Counted from the stretch's first letter, positions 19,351-28,653 are shown. The stretch is DNA of 64,000 nucleotides from an uncultured virus (IMG/VR IMGVR_UViG_3300023371_000103) (IMGVR_UViG_3300023371_000103), one strand, 5' to 3'. Notes: generated by a model from the sequence alone, not told the origin. Program-made: numbers and translations.

Positions 19351-20484
19351 ATGAAAGACCCGTATCGCCAACTAGGAGATTATTTGACAGGCGGCACCTG
19401 CGCCGGGTTGCGCCGTGTCAAAACAAATACATTTGCCAAGAAAGCCTCTATTAAAGACTACCTCACCCACGGGCTGATCGGTGCCGGAACGGGTGCAGGG
19501 TTAGGTGCTTTGGCAGGTACCGTGAAGGAGACTCCGGAAGCCGACCCAAAACTAATAGTAGGCGGCGCGGGCGTCGGAGGAGCACTGGGACTCCTCTCAG
19601 GTATGCTGCGATCCAGAGAGAGGGACCGGTTTGAGACGTCCTGGAATCACCGCCTGAATAGTATCCAGCGGGATGATCAGGGGCGTATGGTCGTCACGGA
19701 ACGAGGACAACGCCGCTTTAAGCCAGGTTTCTATCTTACTTTTCGACCAGTACAACTGGGATTTGACCGTAAGAACGGCGGAAGTATGCACCGACTTCCG
19801 TATGGTGCCGGTGCCATGCAGCACGCGGTACTTATTGGCTATTCAGATAAACCTGTGAGTGCCGCTTATGAAGTAGACGGAAAACCTTATGAGATCCAAT
19901 CGCAGCCATTAAGTAACGGGCAGTACGCGATCTCTTTTGAAATGCAGCAGCGCCCCGGTGAAGCTGGGTCGCCTTTCCATAGTCCTTCCGCCCTGCATAA
20001 CATGCACGCAGTAAGCTGGATCAACGACAGAGAAGTCACAAAAGACTCCAAGAAGACGCCGACCCTGCATAATCGGAATGAAAGTGCACAGGCCGGGGTA
20101 GACTTTCTAAATGAAGACTTAAACCTGGATCCGGCATTTCGTATGTATTCTCTGGGAACCTTTGACCCAAAGGACCCTGATTCCGAAAGCCGATTCAAAC
20201 TGGGTCTGGATCTATTGACACAGCGTGCTGTTCGAGATGACGGACGTCTTGGGGTATGGAACATCACACCCACCTTGCTTTCCGGACTTCACCGCAACAA
20301 CTGTATTTCGTGGGTCCATTATCTCACCCGCGGACTGATCGACGAAGGAGTTATTCCGGAGCCTGACTGGAAGACGTTCCCGAAATACATGACCGGTATC
20401 GCGAATGAAGATTTCTCCACGAACCCGGCACGTTACAAAAGTCTCTACGGCGCAATTAGAAACAAGGAGCAGAAAGATGTTTAA
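19351..20484 (+). CDS. Glycine-zipper protein with putative permuted papain-like (NlpC/P60-LRAT/PPPDE-like) domain
   Basis: AKKAS; GAGTGAGLGALAG; KPGFY...QHAVLIG...RNNCISWV; paralog of 22392-23729. Confidence 0.6.
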   Translation: MKDPYRQLGDYLTGGTCAGLRRVKTNTFAKKASIKDYLTHGLIGAGTGAGLGALAGTVKETPEADPKLIVGGAGVGGALGLLSGMLRSRERDRFETSWNHRLNSIQRDDQGRMVVTERGQRRFKPGFYLTFRPVQLGFDRKNGGSMHRLPYGAGAMQHAVLIGYSDKPVSAAYEVDGKPYEIQSQPLSNGQYAISFEMQQRPGEAGSPFHSPSALHNMHAVSWINDREVTKDSKKTPTLHNRNESAQAGVDFLNEDLNLDPAFRMYSLGTFDPKDPDSESRFKLGLDLLTQRAVRDDGRLGVWNITPTLLSGLHRNNCISWVHYLTRGLIDEGVIPEPDWKTFPKYMTGIANEDFSTNPARYKSLYGAIRNKEQKDV

Positions 20485-21775
20485 GAAGAGTCAATATCTA
20501 AAGAAAAGCGCGGCGCATCGCCAGCTCACGAAACTCGCGAATGCCGCACAAGTTATCCGCGTCAACCGCAGACTCGCCAAAAAAGCAGGAGCCGGAATGG
20601 GAGATGTGGTGGCAAATACTCACAGTAAACCTGCTGCCGCAGGACCTCAGAAACCTGCGCCGGCATACACACCGCTTGCTGGACGACATCCAAGGAAACC
20701 GAAACCTGTCGCAAAACAGCCTTCCGAGCCGATCGATCTGGTGATCCCGCATACGAATCCACTACAATGGAAAGATCTTTCACTTCAGAATATTCTCGCG
20801 TCAGGGTATGCTCCGGGTACCCCCTGGAACGAAGATATTAAACGGCATGCACCCTACTATGGGTGGGATGCAAAACCGGGTTTTTATATGATGCAGGCAC
20901 CATTTCTCAGGCGAGGAGATATAAACGGAACGGGATCTTACAAGTATACAGACATACTAAACAAGAATAAAGACCATAAATACTGGGGATTTGGCCAATG
21001 GTGTGCCAACCAACTTCCAGTACCTGGTGTCAATCACTCATTTCTTACCGCAGTTCTCGATGAGGCCCAATGGAAAACATTGCCGGAAGCAGAACGGCAT
21101 CGTTACACTTACTTCCCACGGGAGGGAAAGTCTCCTCTTTATGCTCGTCAAGTTTCGTCTGCGAATGCAGAGAGAATATCAGAGGAGTCAACAAATAGAC
21201 CGGAATCCAGCCGCCTTTTATACTGGTTGTTCCAGAATCATCCAGGTGGTACCCCCCTACATAAAATGCCCGGAGAGCAGTATGAGCTACATTTACCCGG
21301 CGCAGGGCATATCAACTATATCGCAAGAGCACCGCTAGTCGGGGAGGAATATGCAAATAATGCTTGGAACTTTACACGGCTGCCTAATGAATCAGACGCG
21401 GAGTGGAATGCACGCTATGCTCTGGCAATTAATAACGCAGCTAATGCGGCAGCAGCACAGATACGAGAGTCACCAGACTATAACATGCTGGACGCAAACT
21501 GCCATTTAGGAACTATGAACGGGCTCTTGAATAACCCGTATATAATCCCTGTCCGCGGCTCAACGGGTGGAATCGAAGGTGCCAGCGGTACAACAGGGTC
21601 CTTGGCAGATACTAAATGGTTCACTCCGTTTACATTGTATACGGCAGCAGATGATGAGGTTACAGAAGCGGCAAAAGGTATGCCTAAAGCACAACGAAAT
21701 CGTGCCCGAAAAAAACAGCTTCGAAGAGATTGGGGCATACCCGGTGTCATATACTCCTTGTTTATGGACAACTGA
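20477..21775 (+). CDS. Putative virion protein with permuted papain-like domain
   Basis: KKSAA, TKLAN, AKKAG; KPGFY...NHSFL...YNMLDANCH resembles LRAT/PPPDE YNLLxNNCxH. Confidence 0.55.
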   Translation: MFKKSQYLKKSAAHRQLTKLANAAQVIRVNRRLAKKAGAGMGDVVANTHSKPAAAGPQKPAPAYTPLAGRHPRKPKPVAKQPSEPIDLVIPHTNPLQWKDLSLQNILASGYAPGTPWNEDIKRHAPYYGWDAKPGFYMMQAPFLRRGDINGTGSYKYTDILNKNKDHKYWGFGQWCANQLPVPGVNHSFLTAVLDEAQWKTLPEAERHRYTYFPREGKSPLYARQVSSANAERISEESTNRPESSRLLYWLFQNHPGGTPLHKMPGEQYELHLPGAGHINYIARAPLVGEEYANNAWNFTRLPNESDAEWNARYALAINNAANAAAAQIRESPDYNMLDANCHLGTMNGLLNNPYIIPVRGSTGGIEGASGTTGSLADTKWFTPFTLYTAADDEVTEAAKGMPKAQRNRARKKQLRRDWGIPGVIYSLFMDN

Positions 21776-21791
21776 AATAGTTCTGAATGCT

Positions 21792-21820
21792 AAAAGAAAG
21801 GCGCCTGTCGCCTTTCTTTT
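21792..21820. terminator. Bidirectional terminator
   Basis: AAAAGAAAGGCG-CCTGT-CGCCTTTCTTTT between convergent genes. Confidence 0.75.
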
Positions 21821-21822
21821 AG

Positions 21823-22227
21823 CTAACACTGTTTATATAACGCGAGACTTCCATAGATCCAGCCTAAGAACAAGACCCCGACCCCTGAAAGCATGGATGT
21901 TGTAAACCAAACATCACCATAGCCTGGGTACGGTGCCTGTCCCAGCGGTATCGGTTCCGGAAATAAGGAATACAAATATATGATAGCAGGAACGCACAGA
22001 TTCAAAAGAATGAACCCGAATGGCAAGCCCTTCTTACGAGGCATTTGGATACCATACCATATCCAAAGAGCCCAAAATAACGGACATGTAATAAAAGCTA
22101 CAATCCCGCATAGAGTTACAACAGGAACAAAGAGTAAACCTACTAAAAAACCAACAGATAAAAAGCATAACAAAAATTTGAGCGTCTTCTTCACACCACC
22201 CCAGACCGTTTCTTTTGAAATTTTCAT
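21823..22227 (-). CDS. Small polytopic membrane protein
   Basis: About 4 hydrophobic segments; AAGGAG RBS; AT-rich; own promoter motif. Confidence 0.75.
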   Translation of the reverse strand: MKISKETVWGGVKKTLKFLLCFLSVGFLVGLLFVPVVTLCGIVAFITCPLFWALWIWYGIQMPRKKGLPFGFILLNLCVPAIIYLYSLFPEPIPLGQAPYPGYGDVWFTTSMLSGVGVLFLGWIYGSLALYKQC

Positions 22228-22275
22228 ATCGCTTCTCCTTTTCTAAAAACATTGAAAACTAACCACACGGTCTTA

Positions 22276-22305
22276 TTATATGCCGCAATTTCGCCTTCTA
22301 TTTAA
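22276..22305 (-). promoter_or_regulatory. Phage-type promoter motif copy 3
   Basis: Minus strand TTAAA-tagaaggcgaaat-TGCGGCATATAA (TAAA-N16-GGCATATA) upstream of the 22227 start. Confidence 0.65.
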
Positions 22306-22391
22306 TAGAACGCACGCGCGTTACAGAATGCTCGATATTTTTTTACTTTTTTTGAAAAAAATGTAAAATAACGGAATAAAGGAGAACCACT

Positions 22392-23729
22392 ATGCCTGAA
22401 AATAAAAATCAACAGCCTGTTCTTACCGAAGAAGAACGGAAAATTCTGGATCAGAGTTACGCCCTTGCTGCCCTTCGAGGCGCCGCTGCCGGCGGTGTGC
22501 TGGGCGGTGCCGCGTTTGGAGGCGCACCGCTGCTCTACGGAATGGACAGCAACAATCCGAGAGCTGACTTCGAAAAAGACTTTCCAAACACCCTGCGTAC
22601 CTCCGCGATCACCGGCGGTGTGGAAACGATCCTGGGTGCCGGTACAGGTGCCCTGCTGAACTCCGCCGCCCTCGCCCGCCGGAAAAAGAAAATACGTCGG
22701 AAAGTAACGGACGACTATTTAGCTATGCTCCCTAAAACTGCTGCTGCCAGAGATTACATCACCCGCGGACTTGGAGGAGCGGCTATCGGTACGGGTGCAG
22801 GGATAGCGGCAAATGCCCTTCTTGGAAAGAAATGGTATGACTGGAAAATGCTGCTTGGCGGGCTTGGTATGGGAACCGCAGTCGGACTTGGAATAGGCCA
22901 TCGCAGAGCACAGGAACGTGAAATGTTTGAAAAATCACTAAAACATATGGAAGGGAATATCCAGTGAGGTCCTGACGGGAAGCCTGTTTTAGTGAATGGC
23001 CAGAAAAGATTTAAGCCGGGCTGGTATATCTACGCAAGTCCTATACAAGTAACGCAGGGGGTGGATCCGTTTCTTGAAAATAATCTACAGCACTTCTCGC
23101 TGATAGGCTACGCAGATGCACCTATCGATAGAACATATGTCTATGACGGTAAAACAATTAAAACCAAATCCACCCCACTGAGTAACGGGCAATATGCCAT
23201 TTCATTTGACACAAGCAACTGGCAGAAGGGTAGATCTGTTAATCCATTCGGAGATACTCGCATGAAAGGTTATGTAGGGGATGGTATTTATGACCTGCTA
23301 GATGACACAATAAAAAATCACACACTCATTTCGGACCAAACTGCACAGCGAGGTGTAGATACACTTAACGCAACGTCTGAAGCACATCCGGCTTCTCGAA
23401 TATACGCGCTCGCAACTTTTAATCCTGCGGACGAAAAGGAGATGGCACGCTTCAACAAAGGCGTTGACTCTGTTGTTAAACGGTCACTTCGTCATCACGG
23501 GTACCTCGGCAACTGGAATATTCTGCCGAGTACAAATGATGCGCGATCCAGGAATACCTGCGTCTCATGGGTACATTATCTCACTCGTGGGCTGATCGAC
23601 AGCGGGGCTATTCCTGAGCCCGATTGGAGAAAATTCCCGGCGCGTATGAGCGGATTTGCGAATGAGGATTTTACAAAGACCCACGACAGATACGAAGATC
23701 TATACGGACCATTTCAGCCGGGTTCTTAG
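22392..23729 (+). pseudogene. Paralog of the 19351 gene split by a single in-frame TGA (22965-22967); nonsense allele or readthrough
   Basis: NIQ*GPDGKPVLVNGQKRFKPGWY aligns with SIQRDDQGRMVVTERGQRRFKPGFY; both halves in the same frame. Confidence 0.7.
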
Positions 23730-24871
23730 AAGAAACCCCCTAAATAGTCCGTCTGTTCCTCTTTCTGTTCCCTGATATAGTCCGGGTTCTGAAGAGCTTC
23801 TTCTTCGGAGACCACAACAGGGACAGAGACAGGTTCCCGTCCGGTTTCAAGGAACTGGATCGAATAGTTTCCCGGATCCGCGGTGAAGGCTTTGCGCCAG
23901 ATGCCGCCAGGTCCGGTTTTTGTTATCAATAACACTTCGCCGGATTCGTCAAGAAGCCGAACTTCTGCACCAATGATCGGCTCTCCATGCTCGTCAATAA
24001 ACAGAAGGTTTCCTGCTCCACCGTAGTCCTGATCGATCCGGACAGCACCACAGCCGACCACAAGCTGTCTGGCATTCGGGATCCTGTAGGCAATGTCAGA
24101 ATACGGCAGCAGAAGCATATCGACCTGCCGGACCAGCGGAACACGATGTATCTGCGCGATCACAGGTGAGGTCCGGACTACGAATCTCTGATCAGTAGAG
24201 TGGTCAATAAGAATGTCCCCTTCATTAAGTTCCGGAACACCTGCCGCGCGGGCCTGGTAACGGTCCTCCGCAGTATTAAAAGTCGCGGCATTGCCGGAAT
24301 AATGGATCTCTTTCAGCTGAGAAGGACTGATGTCCATGACCTGCATGGTAAACGGAGTGCAGTATCCTCCAAGATAGCCTGTTCCGAAACAATACTCGCA
24401 GTGTGAGTTGGAAGAGCCTTCCGAAGCATCCGGAGAGCATACCGGACAGCGCTCTCCGTAACTTTTCTTTTTTAATATCGTTACGGGTACTGCCGTGTAG
24501 CCGTAGCGCAGACGTTCTTTGCGGCGGATCTCCCGCGCGATCTGCCACTCCCGGTCCCGAAGCTGTCCGAAAGTCCCAAAGGCTTTGGAGACATACGTAT
24601 CCTCTCCGGTCTTCAGGAGGATCCGGTAATACTTATCCAGCCGGTAGCCGTAAGAAGGCGTTTCTGAGTCGGTAAGAAACGCGGGATCTGTCTCTTCATC
24701 CCCGACGTTGGTCCAATCCTCATCGGATGGGTTTGGAGTACGGGCTGTCTGAAGCTGAAAACGGTAAGGTCCTGGATCTTGCAGCCGAGAGTCCAGCTCC
24801 CAATAAACATAAGTAGTCTCTTGAACACTGTTGTAAACGACGAGACGGATAAACGGAAATTCCTGCAGCAT
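23726..24871 (-). CDS. Putative neck/head-completion protein with Zn-ribbon
   Basis: GERCPVC...CEYCFGTGYLGGY; C-terminal beta-sandwich-like segment. Confidence 0.5.
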   Translation of the reverse strand: MLQEFPFIRLVVYNSVQETTYVYWELDSRLQDPGPYRFQLQTARTPNPSDEDWTNVGDEETDPAFLTDSETPSYGYRLDKYYRILLKTGEDTYVSKAFGTFGQLRDREWQIAREIRRKERLRYGYTAVPVTILKKKSYGERCPVCSPDASEGSSNSHCEYCFGTGYLGGYCTPFTMQVMDISPSQLKEIHYSGNAATFNTAEDRYQARAAGVPELNEGDILIDHSTDQRFVVRTSPVIAQIHRVPLVRQVDMLLLPYSDIAYRIPNARQLVVGCGAVRIDQDYGGAGNLLFIDEHGEPIIGAEVRLLDESGEVLLITKTGPGGIWRKAFTADPGNYSIQFLETGREPVSVPVVVSEEEALQNPDYIREQKEEQTDYLGGFF

Positions 24872-24875
24872 AGGG

Positions 24876-24905
24876 CTTAAAAATCGCCAAAAATGAGGCA
24901 TATAA
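24876..24905 (+). promoter_or_regulatory. Phage-type promoter motif copy 4
   Basis: CTTAAAAAT-cgccaaaaa-TGAGGCATATAA, nearly identical to 6221. Confidence 0.72.
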
Positions 24906-24908
24906 GGT

Positions 24909-25119
24909 GATCTCACCTATGTGAGCTGTTACCAGTCAAGCGACCTCTCGTATGGAGTGGTGGTTTCTGGTCTGTTTTGAGCTATAGTTCATCTCTGACT
25001 GTCTTGAGTAAAGGCAGATCCAAAGATGGAAACATTATAGCACAAAGGCAGACTTTAGAAAACCACTGTTTCGTACGGGAGATCGCTTAATCGGTAACGG
25101 CTTACGCAGGTTTGAGATC
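24909..25119 (+). ncRNA. Rod-shaped ~210-nt structured non-coding RNA, unknown family
   Basis: End-to-end self-complementarity with more than ten G-U pairs; starts right after the promoter motif and ends before a terminator. Confidence 0.72.
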
Positions 25120-25127
25120 CAGGTTTT

Positions 25128-25154
25128 AAGAGGGGCAGACCCGGATCCCCTTTT
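25128..25154 (+). terminator. Intrinsic terminator after the rod RNA
   Basis: AAGAGGGG...CCCCTTTT. Confidence 0.6.
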
Positions 25155-25188
25155 ACATATTGGAACTTTTTTTTAGAAAGGAGAGTCT

Positions 25189-25785
25189 ATGGCTGTGGAG
25201 AAGTTTGGATGTTTTGAGAAGGTCATATGGTGCCCGCCCAGTAATGTGGTGTTCCCAGGATTCCACGATCCGGTGTTGAGCGGAGAGAATGCCATCACGT
25301 GGTATTCCGAAGCGGAAGGAAAGCAGCTGGGCTTCAAACCCGGCGCATTTGCAGCTTACGCGGATCAGGTCGCGAAAGCCTACATACGGCAGCTGGACCG
25401 GGATGTGATCCAGGGACATCTGTATGAGATGATCCGGAAGCCGGAGCTAAGAGAGATCTGGTGGGACTACGACGCCCGAGACCAGATTATTGTAGAGCTT
25501 GAGCTCAATAAAACAAAGATGATGACGCTTCTGCAAGAACACCGTGAAGAGTTTGATCGCTTCCTTACCGCAATGAATCCTGAATGGCGCGGTTATCACA
25601 ATGAGATCTGGGCGGATATAAGGGGCGGGTATCGCGCTGATGAACTGTTCTATGATCTCGCGGTCGAATGGGTACTGGAACGCACCGGTTATTTCGATGC
25701 TGAAAATGAACGTTCCGAAGCGATGGAAACTTTGGAACAAAGCATCATGGACATTATACCTGATTATTTGAAACCGTTCGTTTGA
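25189..25785 (+). CDS. Hypothetical acidic protein
   Basis: AAAGGAG RBS; 198-aa ORF. Confidence 0.75.
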   Translation: MAVEKFGCFEKVIWCPPSNVVFPGFHDPVLSGENAITWYSEAEGKQLGFKPGAFAAYADQVAKAYIRQLDRDVIQGHLYEMIRKPELREIWWDYDARDQIIVELELNKTKMMTLLQEHREEFDRFLTAMNPEWRGYHNEIWADIRGGYRADELFYDLAVEWVLERTGYFDAENERSEAMETLEQSIMDIIPDYLKPFV

Positions 25786-25810
25786 CACGTTTTGAAGAGT
25801 CCGGTATACT
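25782..25810 (+). promoter_or_regulatory. Consensus sigma70 promoter
   Basis: TTGACA-N17-TATACT. Confidence 0.75.
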
Positions 25811-25840
25811 ACGGTTTTCTTAACCCAAAAGGAGGAATTT

Positions 25841-26134
25841 ATGGAAAAAACCGTAGAAACACAGGACAAACCGAAAATCAGAGTCGCCATCATTAAAGAG
25901 CCGGAAATGTCTCCGCTCGGCATGGGTGTCACCCAGGTCCTGACTTTGTATGGAGATCAGAAAACGCTTGAAAACGAACATGACGTTCTCCGCACCGTGC
26001 AGGAATGGCTGCTGGTCAACGGCAGACAGCGCTGGTCGGTACAGAAGATCGGCAGAGTGATACCGCTGGCAGAAGGCGTGGACGATAAGGAACAGTGCCA
26101 GACAGAAGTAACGATCCTTGATACCGGATTGTAA
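25841..26134 (+). CDS. Hypothetical protein
   Basis: AAGGAGG RBS. Confidence 0.75.
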   Translation: MEKTVETQDKPKIRVAIIKEPEMSPLGMGVTQVLTLYGDQKTLENEHDVLRTVQEWLLVNGRQRWSVQKIGRVIPLAEGVDDKEQCQTEVTILDTGL

Positions 26135-26136
26135 AA

Positions 26137-26793
26137 ATGAATAAAAGTAAACAGCTCGCATTACAAAACAAAGACCTTTCCATGTCCGCACTCGCGGTTA
26201 TATTAATAGACGAGTACGGGACAGAGGCTCTGAACTGGGATCCGGAAACTATAAAAATGGAATTGGAGACCGACACACGGATGGAAATACCGGAAGAGGT
26301 AATTACCCGTATCGGATGCCTTCAGCAGATCATGACTACCGATTCCTTTTATCGAAGCCTCCCGGATTTTATCACTTTGTGCAGTATCGCGAGCGGTTCA
26401 CTGGACAGCACCTCCTTCTGGAAGCCGGCGGACGCTTATGACATCACCGCGGTGATGGCGGAAGCGAGACTGCTGAATCCTCCGGAAGGAGATATGCGGG
26501 AAATTCTGGATCCTGAAATCATGGCGTATATCGAGATCGCCTTAAGAGATTTCGGGATCCTTATCCCGCCGGATTGCCTGAAGTTCATTCATACTGACTC
26601 ACTTGCTGTGAATGATCTGGCAACGATCCAAGAGGATCCCATTTTATTTTCCGCAGGTTATCAGGAAGCGCAGTCCGCTTCGGATGATCTGTCTATTTTT
26701 GAGGACAAGATCCTGCAGAAGATCCGTGCCGAGATCATGGCGCTGGATCTGGAAACAGGAGACAGTACAGGAGTTTTAAGAAATGAAAAATGA
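26137..26793 (+). CDS. Hypothetical protein
   Basis: 218-aa ORF in operon. Confidence 0.75.
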   Translation: MNKSKQLALQNKDLSMSALAVILIDEYGTEALNWDPETIKMELETDTRMEIPEEVITRIGCLQQIMTTDSFYRSLPDFITLCSIASGSLDSTSFWKPADAYDITAVMAEARLLNPPEGDMREILDPEIMAYIEIALRDFGILIPPDCLKFIHTDSLAVNDLATIQEDPILFSAGYQEAQSASDDLSIFEDKILQKIRAEIMALDLETGDSTGVLRNEK

Positions 26794-27013
26794 AGATCCA
26801 GGCACAATGCAGGAAGAAAAGGAATATGAAGTGCTGGTGGTTATGGAAGTCTACCGGACTTATCTGGTTCCGGCTCTATCCCACTCAGGCGCCGAGGTGA
26901 AGGTCCTGGAAAGGCATCTGGAAGGTGCCGATATTCCAGAGATCCGACTCCGGGACGAATGGGAAGGGGAGTCAGGATTCAAACTTCTGGCAATAAGAGA
27001 AGCACACAGCTGA
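26783..27013 (+). CDS. Hypothetical protein
   Basis: Overlapping ORF with AGGAG RBS; terminator-like hairpin at about 27001-27028. Confidence 0.6.
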   Translation: MKNEDPGTMQEEKEYEVLVVMEVYRTYLVPALSHSGAEVKVLERHLEGADIPEIRLRDEWEGESGFKLLAIREAHS

Positions 27014-27051
27014 CGGCTGTGTTTTTTTATGGAATGTTTTAGGAGAGAAAG

Positions 27052-28653
27052 ATGAAACTGGAAGATATTCAAGGAGCCTTCCGCGAGGGAAGACGCCTTC
27101 TTTACGGGTCGTATGACTCATTGTCGCACTTCCAGATCAAAGTGGAAGACAGTCTCCCGCAAGGCTGCTCCATTTTTTACTGGGAGCCGCATCGTTTTAA
27201 GGCTCTGCGGTATTGCCGCAGCGGCAGGGCGATCGAGTCCCTGAAAGCGGAATTCAACAAAGAGCAGGGAGAACACAAAGCCCTGACGGATGTGCTTCAT
27301 CTGCTCCGAAATTCCGTGACCAGCTTCTACGCGCAGGAAGCGTCTTCGACAGGGAAAGAGATCCCGCCCAACAGCGTGATCATCCTGCTGGAACCATGCC
27401 AGGACGCGGACGATCCGGAATTCCGCGTATTGATGGAAGAGATCCTGTCCTGCACCGCGTACGCGAATTATGGCGTGCAGATCATCGTCTATTCCAATGA
27501 CCCGGTAACGGATCCGTTCATTACGCGGCACGGCTACGAGATCCAGATCCCGCCGCCTAGCGAGAAAGAGATCCAGGCAATGCTGGATGACGCGAGAAAA
27601 AGCAAAAAGGTCGCCGGTCGGAAGACATTTCTGCATAACGCGGATATGCGGAAAAAGATAGTAAATGCGTTTCGAGGCGCGACGCCGGAAGCGATCGAGG
27701 CGGACATCGCGTGGATGACCTATCATCATCTGGAAACGGATGATGTCCAGCCGCTTCTGGACCGGATCGATGAGACGCACTCCCGAGCCGTCCAGCAATC
27801 CGAGATGCTGTCCTTTCTCGGAAAAACGACGCAAGTCGATCCGGAGCATATCGGCGGATTTGAGAACTTCCTGAAATATGTCCGGGAAGCGTCGATCAGC
27901 TTCACGCCGGAAGCACGGGCTGCCGGATTGCGTCCGGCAAAAGGCGTGATCATCGGGGGACCTCCCGGAACAGGGAAGTCCTTTACTGCCAAAGCGATGG
28001 GACGCATCATGGGAATGAAGGTCATCGTGCTGGACATCTCCGCCGCGTTCACATCGCTTGTGGGCGAGTCCGAAAAAGCGATCCGGCGGGCGCTGCGGCA
28101 GGTGGAGCGTTTCGGATCCTGTATCCTGATGGTTGACGAGGCGGACAAAGCCTTCGCCGGACTTCAGGGAAACGTGGGTGACTCCGGCACGACCCGGCGT
28201 GTGCTGGGAACGTTCCTGAACTGGATGCAGGAAAAGAAAAGCGAGACCTATGTAGTCTTCACGCTCAACGATCTCAGCGTCCTTCCGCCGGAATTCATTC
28301 GGGCAGGAAGATTTGATAAGATCTTCTATACCAGTCTGCCGGTAAGGCAGGAACGGCTGGCGATCATCCGAAAGCAGTTTGCCATGGCGGGCGTTCCGGA
28401 TTTTGAACTGTTTGAGCGGGAATGGGATGAGATCATTGAACTCACGGATCTGTATTCCGGCTCCGAGCTGGCTACTCTGGTAGAGGAGAGCCAAAGAAAG
28501 GCGTTTCTGAAACGGCAGGTCATCCGTCCAACGTTCCAGGAGCTGGCGGAAACCGCCAAAACAAGAAAACCGCAGGCTCTGACCGACCCGCGCATTTTGA
28601 AGATGTGCGAAGCCTGGCAGGATTTTGCGGTTCCGGTCAGTAAGTACAAATAA
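27052..28653 (+). CDS. AAA+ ATPase (Ycf46-like, degenerate N-terminal domain)
   Basis: GPPGTGKS; ILMVDEADK; RAGRFD; YSGSEL. Confidence 0.85.
   Translation: MKLEDIQGAFREGRRLLYGSYDSLSHFQIKVEDSLPQGCSIFYWEPHRFKALRYCRSGRAIESLKAEFNKEQGEHKALTDVLHLLRNSVTSFYAQEASSTGKEIPPNSVIILLEPCQDADDPEFRVLMEEILSCTAYANYGVQIIVYSNDPVTDPFITRHGYEIQIPPPSEKEIQAMLDDARKSKKVAGRKTFLHNADMRKKIVNAFRGATPEAIEADIAWMTYHHLETDDVQPLLDRIDETHSRAVQQSEMLSFLGKTTQVDPEHIGGFENFLKYVREASISFTPEARAAGLRPAKGVIIGGPPGTGKSFTAKAMGRIMGMKVIVLDISAAFTSLVGESEKAIRRALRQVERFGSCILMVDEADKAFAGLQGNVGDSGTTRRVLGTFLNWMQEKKSETYVVFTLNDLSVLPPEFIRAGRFDKIFYTSLPVRQERLAIIRKQFAMAGVPDFELFEREWDEIIELTDLYSGSELATLVEESQRKAFLKRQVIRPTFQELAETAKTRKPQALTDPRILKMCEAWQDFAVPVSKYK

Noticed and set aside
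22965..22967. Genome-wide TGA recoding
   Set aside because: Many intact genes end in TGA with ATGA/TGATG coupling, and conserved enzymes are uninterrupted in code 11
24909..25119. MITE or DNA cruciform interpretation of the long hairpin
   Set aside because: Arms differ mainly by G-U-compatible changes on one strand only, and I saw no target-site duplication or second copy
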